64,000 nt of DNA from Calcarisporiella thermophila CBS 279.70 (Eukaryota > Fungi > Calcarisporiellomycota): the NCBI RefSeq assembly GCF_041956535.1, contig NW_027192204.1, forward strand, positions 133,069-197,068, in the 5' to 3' direction. The position numbers were made by a program, and so were the translations under genes. Below the pieces are notes generated by a model. That model did not search any database, was not told the origin of the DNA, and worked only from the letters and a program-made list of their open reading frames with translations. Shown one piece after another: positions 50,705-64,000 of the stretch (positions are counted from its first letter, which is position 1; each line of letters begins with the position of its first letter).

Positions 50705-53700
50705 ATGGCGAGCGACGCCAGGGCTCAACAACAGCGCACTGATGCGGTTGCTAAATTGGTGAGAGCGAAATCGCTCCGGGAGTTGCGTAATATGCCAACG
50801 CGAACTCGTGTCCAGAGGGACGATGAGATTCCGCCAGAGGATCTTGTCTTTGAGGACAAGGAGCGGCAAGCAGCATATGAAGCCTTATTACGACGTGCTC
50901 CACCCGAAAGCGAACCTCCGAAGCCTGCTCTGCGACGCAACCCAACCATCTCCACTTCTAACCCTACTGTGAGACTGCCATTTTTACCCCCAGTACCTTT
51001 TTCGAATGCGGAGCTTGCAGCACAACCTCGCTATGAGGCTGAGTATGATTTGAGTAGTAGATCCCTGGGAGAAGATGGGGGTGAGAATGTTGATGTGCAT
51101 GGGTATAGTGTGAGTGAAGACTATGGGATGCATTGGGATCCTCGCACTGCCAAACAGTTACGAGAATCTCACATCAAAGCAGAGGCAGAAGAGTTCTTTA
51201 ACAATAGAGGACAGCGTGGCAAAAGTTCGGTTGATATCAGCTACGAGGCTCGGCCAAATTATGATGGAAGAGAAAAACTGCCTCCTTGGCATCGTGCCCC
51301 AGTTCTACGAAGATCTTTAAGTATGGGGGAAATACGACAAGTTTCGGACGATGTGATAGAAGGAGTGCGTAGTTATTTACTTGTGTCCCAGCCACCTCCT
51401 CAGTCAATTGCTGAGCTTGGTGCGGAGAGAGGTGGAGATGCAATTTCTCAGCGCGTAATTCGAGAGGCCGATGATCGCTACACGTATGATCTTCCTTCTA
51501 TATCGCCTCTTTCTGAATCTCCTCCTGCAATTCCTGCAATTCCCCCACGCTCTCCCCAACGACCAGCTTATGCCACATCTCCTTCGTTTGATGCATATAG
51601 CCGCGAGTATGATAGTACGTCAAACGTATCTTCGCGTGCACACTCCCCCACATCCGAATATGCTTCACAAGGGCCAATTTCGACGGGCATTGCGCTTCAC
51701 CATCCACTACCAAACAGGCAGGGGCTTGGGGCAAATTTTGTTGCCTCTAGAACTACTGAATCTGATCAAACTCGGAGACTCCCTCCACTCTCCCCATCTT
51801 CTTTCACCGACAATCAATTACATACACACCACTTGATTGAAAATAAGAATGAACTACATCCGAACATGATCCCATTATCCCCGCTATATTCTACATCCTC
51901 ATGCACCCGGGAGCATAATCAGACACCTAATGAGTTGTTGGATCGAGTGGCTCCTACTATCCTACCCGGAAGGCCAGAGCCCGATTTGCGCGCAACGCCT
52001 TGGATACAACAGGATCAGCCACTACATGATCGTTTACAAATGCGGCGACAACAAAGCCTGAAACAGAGCGCTGTCTCTCGGACCCCACACGAAGGAACCC
52101 CATCGGGCACACATTCCAATCATTTGCAAATTAGACGCTCTCGCTCTCTGTCAAACCTGCGTGACCAATTGAAAAAAGTTACGTTTGATGACGAGAAGGA
52201 CCCCGAGGCGGTTACCAAATGGTTGCAATTATCTCAACAAAAGTTGCATATTCCTGATCAGTCGAACAGAAATGCTAATGTTGCAAATAAATCGCCCACA
52301 CCCAAGACCCCGACGCAGCTTTCGTTACCTCTATCACCAGCTCAACCTCTGTATTCAACAACTACACCACCACCCTCATCACCGTTGCCACCTCTCTCCC
52401 CTCTACCCGCAATCCCAACATCTTCTGATCCTCCTCATACTTTTCCAACTCGACTATTTCCTATGCTTGATGAAAAGCCTCGCCAGTGCATGTGTGAAGG
52501 TCCCGTACTACAAGTAATCAACCGGGATTTTGTAAAAGACCGCTATCTCTTTCTGTTGAATGATGTTTTACTCATCGTGAAGCCTCAAGTACGCAGTTTA
52601 AAGAAGCAGGCCTCACGTATGGATGAACCCTTTGAGCTGAAAAAAACTGTTAAACTGTCGAATATCACTCTTATTCCAACTCGAGACTCTGAAGAGGAAC
52701 ATTCTGTGCCGACGCGCTGGCCGCCTGCACTTGCTGCCGCGATACGGCGTTTCTCCACAAATGCGAAAGCTGGCATCGACTATCTCATTTCAAAAGGGGC
52801 CTTGCCTAGAAGTCCTGCAGGTATAGCCAGATTTCTCCTGAAAACTGCAGACCTTAATCGTACTCAGCTGGGGTTATACTTATCGATGCGTGAAAATCAC
52901 GAAATTCTTCAAGCTTTCTTTGAGTGCTTCCAGCTTACTGGCTTGAGATTGGATGAAGCGTGGCGTCTTATTCTCCTAACTGTACGGCTGCCGCAGGATC
53001 GGGCGGCAGCGGATTACTTTATGGAGGCTTTCTGCGCTCGATGGCATTCCGCAAATCCAGATATTGCGCGGTTTAATATTGGTATGACTTTAAAGGTACT
53101 CCATTCGATGATGTGGCTGAATGCGCGGGTTTACGAGGGAGATGCAAGTGTTCCTGGCATCCCAGCAGGGTATGTCATGGATGAGCCGACAGATAGTGAA
53201 CCGGAAGGTAAAAGGCTATTTTCTCTGTTAATATAGAAGATTTAGTAGAAATTTTTCATTTAAACTCTTGCCAATTTTTAGGCGATACTGAGGATGCTGA
53301 AGAGGATTTTGAAGGAGAGCTTGGTTCACCCTCCCCTCATCGGTATCTTCGCAGGCACTGGTCTTTTGAAATATTTGTAAGGCGTTTCCGCAGATGGGAG
53401 GACCCGTATGCCGCCGTCCCGCGCGAATTTCTTGCACATGTCTACTCCTCCGTACGACACCAGAGAATGGAGACGGCCTGGGATGATGCAGAGGTTGATG
53501 CAGAAGATGCATTGGCCGGTCATGGTGGTGTGGGCGAAATTTATGCGATCACCATGTTTCCTCCCAAATTGCCCACAAGACTTGTCGTCCGCCGTGCTAC
53601 GGAGCACATCACTTTGAGCATTCCTCGCCCCGATGCTGGCCTTTGGATTCGGCTACACGGGCAAGGACTCTATTGCAAGCCATCCGTTCTCGATTTTTCG

Positions 53701-54543
53701 CAATCGTCCTCACAGTCGTTCACTATCACTGGAATATCTCCAGGACGCACTTCCCTGCTCATTCTGAAAGCTGGGAGAAATGCTCACAGATATGCCCTCT
53801 TTCCGGCACCGCTTATGAAGACGCTTGTGGTAGAGCGGGCCTTCATGCAGCATACTTTCCAAATTGAATTTTCAATGAGCGAGCATGAGGCTCCACGTCG
53901 TTACATGTTCAGCGTGGACTCCGCAGAAGTGAGGGATCGATGGCTGAAGAGATTTGGTGAAGCCTTGGCAAACTCCTCTAAAAGCAAGCGGGAAGACAAT
54001 AATGAAGGAGCTGGTTTTCTTGATGCTCCGATGCGCTCACCTCGTCAGGCCTCAAGAAATGGGACATCACCTACCTTGCATCCTCGTCCTCCCTCTGCTA
54101 CGGAGCTATTAAGTCAACCACTCCCTGCTCCACCTTCTCCATCCACCCCTACAGCACTTGAAGATCAAAACACCCCCGTGGCCCCTTGGAGACAGCAGCA
54201 GCAGCAGCAACAGCAACAACAAAATCGCCAGGAAATGTCACAGCGTATTGGTTTACGCTTTATGCCAGAGCCACTTGAGCACCTCGAGATTACGCGAGCT
54301 CGTGCAAATTCTAGTGGGGAAGCAAATAGTGCCCATTCAAATCACTTATTACCCCCGAACTCTGCTACCGCAAATAGCTCATTGGCTGCTGCACTTGCCG
54401 TGACTCAGCGGGCAAGACAGCGTGCCCGTTCGCCTTTGGGTGATCAAGCCATGACTACGGCCTCTGCGCTTCATAGTTTGGGACTGGTGGGCAGTGGTGG
54501 TTACACAGCCCGTCCTCCCTTCGGAGGACAAAACAATTCATAG
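50705..54543 (+). CDS. Sec7-domain/PH-domain protein (Arf-GEF-like), 2 exons
   Basis: Sec7-like GIDYLI..IARFL..LNRTQLGLYL..LRLDEA.R..RLP. Intron 53208-53281 joins ORFs 50690 and 53467 in frame. Confidence 0.8.
54193..54222 (+). repeat. CAG/CAA poly-Q microsatellite
   Basis: cagcagcagcagcagcaacagcaacaacaa (Q10). Confidence 0.85.
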
Positions 54544-55352
54544 GATCTTTATACTTCATATATATTCATTTTTTAATATATACTAAACTATTTTAATAGA
54601 TATTGGCTTTCCTTTGTAAGAAAATATATAACAATATGAAGGATATTGGAAGAAAGACTTTTTTTGCATGTTTTCTTTGTTTGAAAAATACCCTTAATAT
54701 ATTTTATCACAACTTTTGACACTTCAATGTTTTCTTAAGGACTTTAATTTATTATTATTTTGCTTTCAAGGTATTTTGAGCCGCATATTGACTTTGATTT
54801 TGTTTAGATCAGAATATAGAATTTGGGCAGTATCCGATCTGGTTTATTTAAAGGACGCATCTTTTTTCTTTCAAATAAACCACTAATTATCCAGGGCACT
54901 CTGCCACCATGTTTTTAACCGAACTTATTTATGGGAGCTTTAAATTCTTCCCTACTCGACTGGCACTGATTTTCGTTTTCCGGCCAAGAGCCGTTAAATA
55001 CGACTTTTTAAGCTTTTATGTTGAGAAGAGCTGATACTAAGCTTGGTAGTTTAATCTTTTATAATACCGGCAAGCTGAATAAGTTAGCATGATTCCGTTG
55101 GATATACTATCTAATTACAATATCTCTGCATACAGTAATACTGTAATTTTTCATGGGTCAATTTCTGAATATACCCCAATCTCATTTTTAAATATGGCGG
55201 AATATTTCTTCGGTGGCTTAGGTTCAATTCCTTCACATGCCTCCATAGACTAACATTTTTAAGACGGTCTTGAAATTCTCACCTTTCCATTGCAATAATT
55301 TTTCACTCGTAACGTTCATCAGTAGCACACTCTTTACTTTTAGCAAATCGTG

Positions 55353-56219
55353 ATGTCTCAAGCACTCGTAGAGCATTTTCTCCGATACACAGCAACTACA
55401 GTCGGTCGTGACAAAGTGTATCGGGCCATCCAATATTGGGCACGATTTTATGCGTGGTATTCGCTGCGCAAAGGCGGCTCGAAAGAGCAGGTCGAAAGAT
55501 GGAATAACTTGAAGAATGCGATTGGCCTTACGCGTAAACGTAAGCATTCTCGGACTCTTATTTCCCACTTATATTACATTTGGTCGTTAATTACTTTTGT
55601 GTTTCCGGGCAGTGATGCGGGTGGCTAAACCCGTAGAACATCTCAATCTTGCGGTGAAATCTCTTTCACTCGAAGACGACATCCTGCGAATCTGTACCAT
55701 AGGGCGTCAGCTCGGTTATGCGGGATTCCTCTTCTTTGATATGCTCCTCTGGATACATGGTGCCAAGGTTTATAATTTCAAAAACGTCAAGCGTTACTCC
55801 GATTTCTCCAACCGCTTCTGGCTTGCCGGTTTGATCTTCTCAGCAATTGGAAGCGCACACAAATACCGCATAACCTCGATGCATCTGCAGGTGGTGGAGC
55901 GTCGACACCGTGCGGCCGTTTCGCTTGAGAAGGTCGATGCAGACTACAGCGTTCAGCGCCAGACTCTCACTAGAGATCGCAATGCGGCCTCGAAGCAGTT
56001 CGTGCAAGATGCACTGGATATGCTGATTCCAGCATTTAACTTGGAATTGGTGAACTTGGATGATGGGATAGTTGGTTTAGCTGGGTAAAATGAATATCCG
56101 ATTTTAATCTTTTATTCTTGTATTGTATGCGCGAAGCTAACGACCTCTATCCTAATAGAACGGTTACTTCCATCATGGGTATCAAAGACCAATGGGCCAA
56201 AGTCAGTATTCGCAAGTGA
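55353..56219 (+). CDS. PEX11: Peroxisomal biogenesis factor 11, 3 exons
   Basis: TTVGRDKVYRAIQYWARF, RK.MRVAKPVEHL and DDGIVGLAG..TS..G...QW. Confidence 0.93.
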
Positions 56220-56696
56220 AGAACAGAGGAGAACTAGTGATTTTTTTTTTATGTGTTTATAAAATATATGAAATATACGATAGCAATTTCAACCGTAATA
56301 TATTGATTAATTCAAAACTCTTTGACCCGATATTCAATTATTATATTTACATACGATGTTATTCATTTTGAAAGTATCCAAAGAGGAAAAAAAAAAATGG
56401 AAAACACGGTTTCTCAAAAGGTAAGCAAGAAATAATAAAAAAAATAGAAAGTGACAGTCAAAAAAAGATAAATCCTTAGCTTCCTCTATTTTCATCTCAG
56501 TTTTCTAGCCCAGCACAACTGGATGATTAGCCGGAAAAATAAGGTAGACACAAAGACATTCTATCTCCGGCCAATGCATTAAAGGATCTAAAAAATTTAG
56601 AGTTGATTGGGGAACAGAGATAAAAGGAAAAGATATCACAAAAATATATATATAAGGTTAAAAAAAACTATAAGGATAAACACCGATTTATATTCT

Positions 56697-57596
56697 TTAG
56701 CAATCTCCGGATAACACCCTAACGGCAAGCGCTCGATGAGCTAGTTCTAGCTGCTCCTCGAGTTTGCGGACTCTATCCTCGCGTTCCACCTCGCGAGCTT
56801 CCATCGCTTGGCGTTCACTCTCCATGACGGCAATGCGAAGTAGGAGCTGAGACTTTTCATCCTCAAGCTCACCCACACGACGTTCGAGCGTCTCCATTTT
56901 CATTAGCTTGCGCAACCGAGAGCGTCGTGCAGCTTCGGTGTTCTTTTGGCGCTTGCGGGCGAGCTCATCTTCAGGTGACAAGGGAAGCTCATGCTTCTTG
57001 CTGACTTCCGTAGCCGCAACTGAGGTAGGACTTTGGGTAGAGCAACGCCCCGAAACCGTGGACGATCCAGTAAGTGGGGGGGTGGGTAAGCGGGTCTCCT
57101 TTCGACTTCTGGTAGTCGAAGCCATCAATAGGGATTTAGTCTCTCTCTCATTCTTGGGATTCAACCGTGAGGCAAGTCCCCATGGAGGGGTGGGGAGAGG
57201 AGATACCGCGGCTTGCTGCGCTAGTTGTGGTGAGTCCCAGGGAATGGTCATAGATCCTCCGGAAAACCCTTCACTCTCGTTATCGTGTTTCTCTTCGCTC
57301 GATTCTCTAACCTCTTCAACTATGGGTACATCATCAAAGAGTGGCCGCGACATCCAGTCCTCCTCAAGAGTAGGCAGCGCGGGAGAATGCAAAGAGGATG
57401 AGGTAGACGATCTAGGCGAAGGTGTGTAGGAATGTGAGGTGGCAGAGGGGGGTGTTGATTGGGATGCCGAGGAAGGGGAGGAAAAAAGCGAGAGCTTGGG
57501 TGAGACGCAGGTGGCTAGCAGTTTCTCCAGCATGACAGCAACGTTTGGCTCCTCTTGAGAAGAGTAGGCAGTAATGGTGTTGGCGGTTGATGTCAT
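56697..57596 (-). CDS. bZIP transcription factor, Gcn4/CpcA-like
   Basis: KRQKNTEAARRSRLRK followed by a leucine zipper; W..PLF activation-like motif; uORFs in the leader. Confidence 0.8.
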   Translation of the reverse strand: MTSTANTITAYSSQEEPNVAVMLEKLLATCVSPKLSLFSSPSSASQSTPPSATSHSYTPSPRSSTSSSLHSPALPTLEEDWMSRPLFDDVPIVEEVRESSEEKHDNESEGFSGGSMTIPWDSPQLAQQAAVSPLPTPPWGLASRLNPKNERETKSLLMASTTRSRKETRLPTPPLTGSSTVSGRCSTQSPTSVAATEVSKKHELPLSPEDELARKRQKNTEAARRSRLRKLMKMETLERRVGELEDEKSQLLLRIAVMESERQAMEAREVEREDRVRKLEEQLELAHRALAVRVLSGDC

Positions 57597-57626
57597 TTTG
57601 CAATAGTTAATAAAATAGTTAATTAA

Positions 57627-57828
57627 TTAAGACAGCTTTGGTGGGATTCGTAATGGAAGTAAAGCAGGCTGACTGGGGTGTTGAAGGTGTGCAACTTTAG
57701 CAGTTGGTAAAGGTGTAGAAAATAGGTGCATGATAGGCATTGAAAAAATAGATAGTATCGCGCTCGAGGGAGTTAACGTACAGTCGTCTGTACCATTAAG
57801 CTCTGAAAATAGTTATCATAGGGACCAT
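57627..57828 (-). promoter_or_regulatory. Three upstream ORFs in the bZIP 5' leader
   Basis: 57828-57796 MVPMITIFRA*; 57796-57773 MVQTTVR*; 57740-57627 37-aa Pro-rich uORF. Confidence 0.65.
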
Positions 57829-58549
57829 GCAACAGAAAAACAGGCGTACAAGATCAAGATAGAGTTGAGCAATAGGAGATGGAATAGGAAATTAGTAATA
57901 ATTAATTAAATTGGGCAGAGTTTCAGAGTAGAATTTAAGAGGAGGGAAGAGAGCAGAAGAAAAAGTGAATGGAGAGAGAAGGAGGTCCAGCGCACGCCAA
58001 CACTTTTATTCATTTTGAAAAATGTTAAAAAGTTAATAAAAAAATTTATTACTTTGGGTGGTCCAACCAAAGTTTGTATTCATACAAGGCTTAGAGGTTT
58101 TTTAACAGTTCGCCGAAAATCGGAGGATGAGTAAATTTTCTTATTTTGTGAGTAATCTTGTTCTATTCATTCCCAATGCCAAGCGGATAATTTTTCTCTA
58201 TAGGCCGTAGGAATAAAATCAATACATTAAGAAACAGGTCGGGGACTGCATCTAAAACGTATCATATTCGAATATTTCTTATATGTATTTATTTGAAACG
58301 AAACAAAATGCAGCACTACAGAGTATTTCATATGTTGGCACTGATTGTCGTCACCATTGTCCGGATAAATAGATTAAGCACGGAAAGGGTCGCGTGCCCC
58401 GAGCCAGTGGTTATTAGAAAATTCTCCCCGCAAAAGCGGGAATTTAAGAATGGAAGCAAAGACGTCATACAAGGTTAAGCGAGAGGTAATTATCCACCGA
58501 AATTTTATTATATAAGAGATAATAGGCTATTATAAACAATACATATATT

Positions 58550-60093
<1,544 letters not shown>

Positions 60094-60459
60094 TCAAATA
60101 ATGTAACAAATACTCTTTCTACAGAAAAACGAAACCAAACTATTTTCTTCAAGCAAAGCTCTAGTGACGAATCTATAGTTGAGAAATTCGAGAATGGATC
60201 TTGTATAAACCGAGAGATTCCTTGCGGGACTTGAAAGCAAAGCGAAGCTCCAATTTGTGGCTTAGTGTAAACAAAATATAAGACAAAGTGGTAATTATTA
60301 AAAATCACATTGTTTCACTAGAATATAATGTATAATCCAAAGGCTAAGAGGAAGAGTCGAACATAGAATTATAAGACGTTGAATTATACTCTCATAAACT
60401 TAATGGGAAAAAAATGCGTGTATGTAACAAAACAGCAAATATATCATGCACATTACAAA

Positions 60460-63400
60460 TCAGTTGGCCTTGAACTCCAACCGAACGCGAATCTTGCCTT
60501 CTCCTCCATTCTTCAAAGGTATCCAGGTGTCGGCAACTGGCCGCGCGGGTCCAACGAGTTCGAAGACCTTGAGCTCGCATTCCCCAATCGGCTCATCAGA
60601 TCCAAGAGTATTGTGATCTTTCAAGTGGAAGTCGAGAATGCTATTTGCCGAGTTGATGTTGACTTTGAAGTCTTCATTCCACCGAGGCACAAGGGTTTTC
60701 TTGATATGTTTAGACTTATACACGGGCTTCTTGTCGAGCGAAACCTTTACATATGGATCACTAAAGCCATTTCGGTCTGCTCCAATCAGATCTGCAGAAT
60801 AGTGTTTGTAAAAATATACTCAGTCAAATAACGGTTAAGATGAAATATCTTTGAGAAACACTTGCCTTTTGCCTCGACGAGCGTCACAGTCAACACACCA
60901 GAAGAAGCGGCAATGGCAGTTTCCTTAGAGGGATAAGGAGGTGGAAGCTGCGAGGAATTTGCCGATGGATACTGAGAGAGGTTGGGGGCGATATTGGGAG
61001 GAGCGGCATGGAGGGGAACAACATCGGGCTCAGCGTATGGTTTGGAATCAGATGGTGGTGGCGGCGGTGGGATATCCTGTGGGGTGACATGTTCAGGGGA
61101 CGTTGATTCTTTGACTGGAATTGGTGGAGCTGGGGCAGTTCTTGCCGGAACCATCTCGGCCATTGGATCTCGTTGCTTGTCCCTACGTATAAGGCCGATT
61201 CCGGATCCTACTAGATTCTTTGCACCAGATAAAGCCATTGTCGGCGCACTGGTTAAAGCCCGTGTAGCGGTAGCAGAGAAAGTTGCAGTAGGCTCTCCGC
61301 GGTATACTAGACGCTCAGGAGTAAAGAGCAAGCGGATGCGCACAGTTCCCTGGGTAGAAAGCGCGTAGTCTTTGGTATGGCTCGAAAAAGGCTCCAGAGA
61401 GCCCAGCTCAATGCTGGCAGTGCCAAGGGATTTCGGTTGTCCGACACGATTCCAATCGAACACTTCGGCAACAAAGTTGGCCCGCATGCGTGAGGGCTAA
61501 TATTGAGAAGAGAAAATGATTAGCTTGTGTTATATTTGTAATGGAAGATTCTGTAATAAGGGTTCGCACCACTTCAATTGTAAAGGACGTCTTTGCAAAA
61601 TCCGGATCCAGCGTTTTTTTCATGGGCTCCGACTTAAACACTCGCTCTCCGTTTAGTGTGAAAGTGACAAATGGATCGCTTGTGCCGGACCGATCCGCAG
61701 CCAACAGCCCTCTACAGTTAATCAGCGTCACCTGCAATTGCCCTTGGTTTTCCATACGCTCCTCAGGCTCCAGCACTACATCGGGCACCGGGAGATACTT
61801 GACCGTGACCAATAAGTTTGCGTCCGATTGCTTAAATGGCACCCATACCCCCTCTTCGTCCTTGAGCGTGCGTACCGCATCCAGGACCTTTGTCTCCCAC
61901 ACTGCAAACGTGTTATCCCGTTTCTGCTCCTCGTCAGCATGTTGACGTAACCGTAATCGAATGGTTGCAAAATCTAACTCCTTCACAAAAACCGCACCAG
62001 TTTGGCGGAATCTAAGGACTTGACCCTTGAGCTTCTGAGTCGAAAACTGAGGGAACAGCGAGTCGGCAGTAAGGTCGCAGTGTGCATGCACTCGGTTTAC
62101 CGTTTTCACCTCGTGAATCGTAACCAATAACAGTCCGGATTGGTGTTTGAGTGCCTCCTCTACGTTATCTCCATCCTGCTCACTCTCCTTTGGCGTGAGC
62201 GCCGGGAAAAAGCTTGCTTCATAATGTATCTCACCCTTCACGGATCCACTTCGTAGCGATGACAATCCTGCCCATTTATCAACCGTCTTCCCTTGCTTGT
62301 AAACCAACTGCTTTTTATTTTCCCCCTCAGTTTCTTCGCCATTCCCTACTGGCTTTACCTCCTCCACCACAATCAACTCTCTTAAATCAACATCCGTCAC
62401 ACCCAAGCTGCGATCTTTCGACATTCTCTGATAATCCATCACCTCAATGCGTAACCCTTCACGAGCACTATACACGGGGACATATAGTATCTCATGCCAC
62501 TCTGGGTTCAATTCGTCGTCAATATGCTTCGTACGAGCACGGATTGCTTTCCCTGAAACAATTCTCGCATATGGATCGGATTTGCCCCCGGAAGCTGCCT
62601 CAACGTTTCTCAGCTCTCGGGCACTTAGTATCTTGAATCGCACCACTCCAATCGGAGGCCCCAGGGTGCCTCCCGTATTCATCGCCATTTCAGGATTCAG
62701 ACTTACAGGCCTCCACGTCGCGCTCACGCGTACCTCCCCTCCGTTATCTTCCAGTCGCATCCAGCCCCCTCCACTCTCAATCAATTTCATAAGCCCTTCA
62801 TTCCATTGCCCAATGACAGGATCCTCCGCAAATCCTCGATCATCCTTCAGTATTAAGCTGAGATGCGTATTCCTGCGGTCCAACACTAACATCTCAAAAG
62901 AGTGCTCCCAAGTGGGGTCGTTGGTACGCTTGCGAATCTTAGTGCGGCACTTCTCCATCCCATTCACGCGTACCACTGCATATGGACTCCACTTGCCAAC
63001 CATGGAACGCGATGCATCAAGATGTTTCGCCTGATGAAGCGTGAAACGCAACACACCCGTATTAGAGGGAGGCGGCTGCTCCAAAGTTCCGTCATCGAGT
63101 TTGCGAGGAGTAAACACGGGATAATATATTAGATCCGCCTTTAATTCACCAGCTGGCTTTCCTTCATGATTCACGCAGAGAGTTAGATTTTCTTGGATAG
63201 GTGAATCTTCAAGGGTTGTGAGATCGAATTGGGCGGTCCCCATATGATAATCTTTGAAGTTGGGATTATAGTCCATCACCTCGAAATTAAGAGGTGCGTC
63301 CACTGCGCTTAACAAGAAGAAATGTGTTTCATCCCAACGTGGGCTCGTCGTGTCTTCCTTGTGTGCTGTACGGCCCAGCTCCTTGGTACCAATGAAGAAA

Positions 63401-64000
63401 CGCACATAGGGGTCAGATTTACCAAATAACTCCGAGTTGCGAAGACGCTAGAAAAAAAGGGGAGAAGGGGGATATTCGAGTTAACTGAAAAAATAAAGCG
63501 GCTCCTTTAAATTGGCACTCACCTGAGCACTGTACAATGTGACTTGGAGAACGCCGTGAGCGCTGTCAGCTGGCATTGCCGGATTGAACAAAGATTCCAG
63601 ATCGACCGTAAACACATTGGGAGCGTACATCATTGGGCCTAATGTGGCATGCAGCTGTTGGTCAATAAAAGTTGCTAACCCGGGCATGTTTGCGATGTCG
63701 AAACCAAAGGTCTCGCCTCCAATCGGCTTGAGCTTGAAGTCAATCACAGGAGGTGCCTCAAAGCTCAAACCAAATGACTTGATATGAGGAAAATTTTCGG
63801 AGAAGCGTAGTGTTACTTTTGCATTGCCGGAAAATGACATGTTCTCTACCAGAATGGGCATTCCAGCTCCAACCATTCCTTTGCCCACACGGACGGTCAA
63901 AACGATCTTGGGGTCAATGCGGTTTGCGTGGCCTTTTGATGAAGCTTTAGATTGGTGGGGTGAGAAGCTGATTTTCCAATCCATCACCGCCTCCTCAGCA
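60460..64000 (-). CDS. Tricalbin (SMP + multiple C2 domains), 5' end outside window
   Basis: SMP-like segment (PKIVLTVRVGKG..FPHIK..MMYAPN) followed by several C2 domains with SDPY/F motifs. Confidence 0.92.

Noticed and set aside
55195-55242. GGTTCAATTCC B-box, tRNA-Sec-like
   Set aside because: T-stem pairing is poor and there is no acceptor or anticodon stem.

Overview
Gene-dense eukaryotic DNA from a fungus, with short 50-100 nt spliceosomal introns; a non-Dikarya (early-diverging) lineage is my inference. About 30 protein-coding genes are present, mostly housekeeping: cyclin, EVE protein, C2H2/CCCH/bZIP factors, acyl-CoA oxidase, HSE1, uL11m, delta-8 desaturase, RPN8, COX9, LST8, RPAP1, SAC1, POP3, NAC-alpha, glucosidase II alpha, septin, PEX11, WDR5 and tricalbin. 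I found no supportable rRNA, tRNA, CRISPR array or intact mobile element. The most notable feature is an intronless gene at 39241-41007 (-). It encodes a signal peptide plus 11 KR-delimited (Kex2-type) ~50-aa repeats, each an Asn/Asp-rich amphipathic core, 9 of them with a His-rich tail. The repeats fall into three subtypes arranged AAAA-BCB-BCB-B, and a degenerate ~39-bp periodic motif array lies just upstream. Other notable items: a tandem-fused CsaA-like (bacterial-type) protein, a Sec7 domain lacking the catalytic Glu and apparently inserted in a split PH domain, an Egh16/LPMO-like secreted protein, neighbouring Cu-only SOD and cupredoxin genes that each carry one lesion, a PTS2-bearing acyl-CoA oxidase, Gcn4-style uORFs and a GC-AG intron. 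All gene models were spliced by eye; no searches were run.
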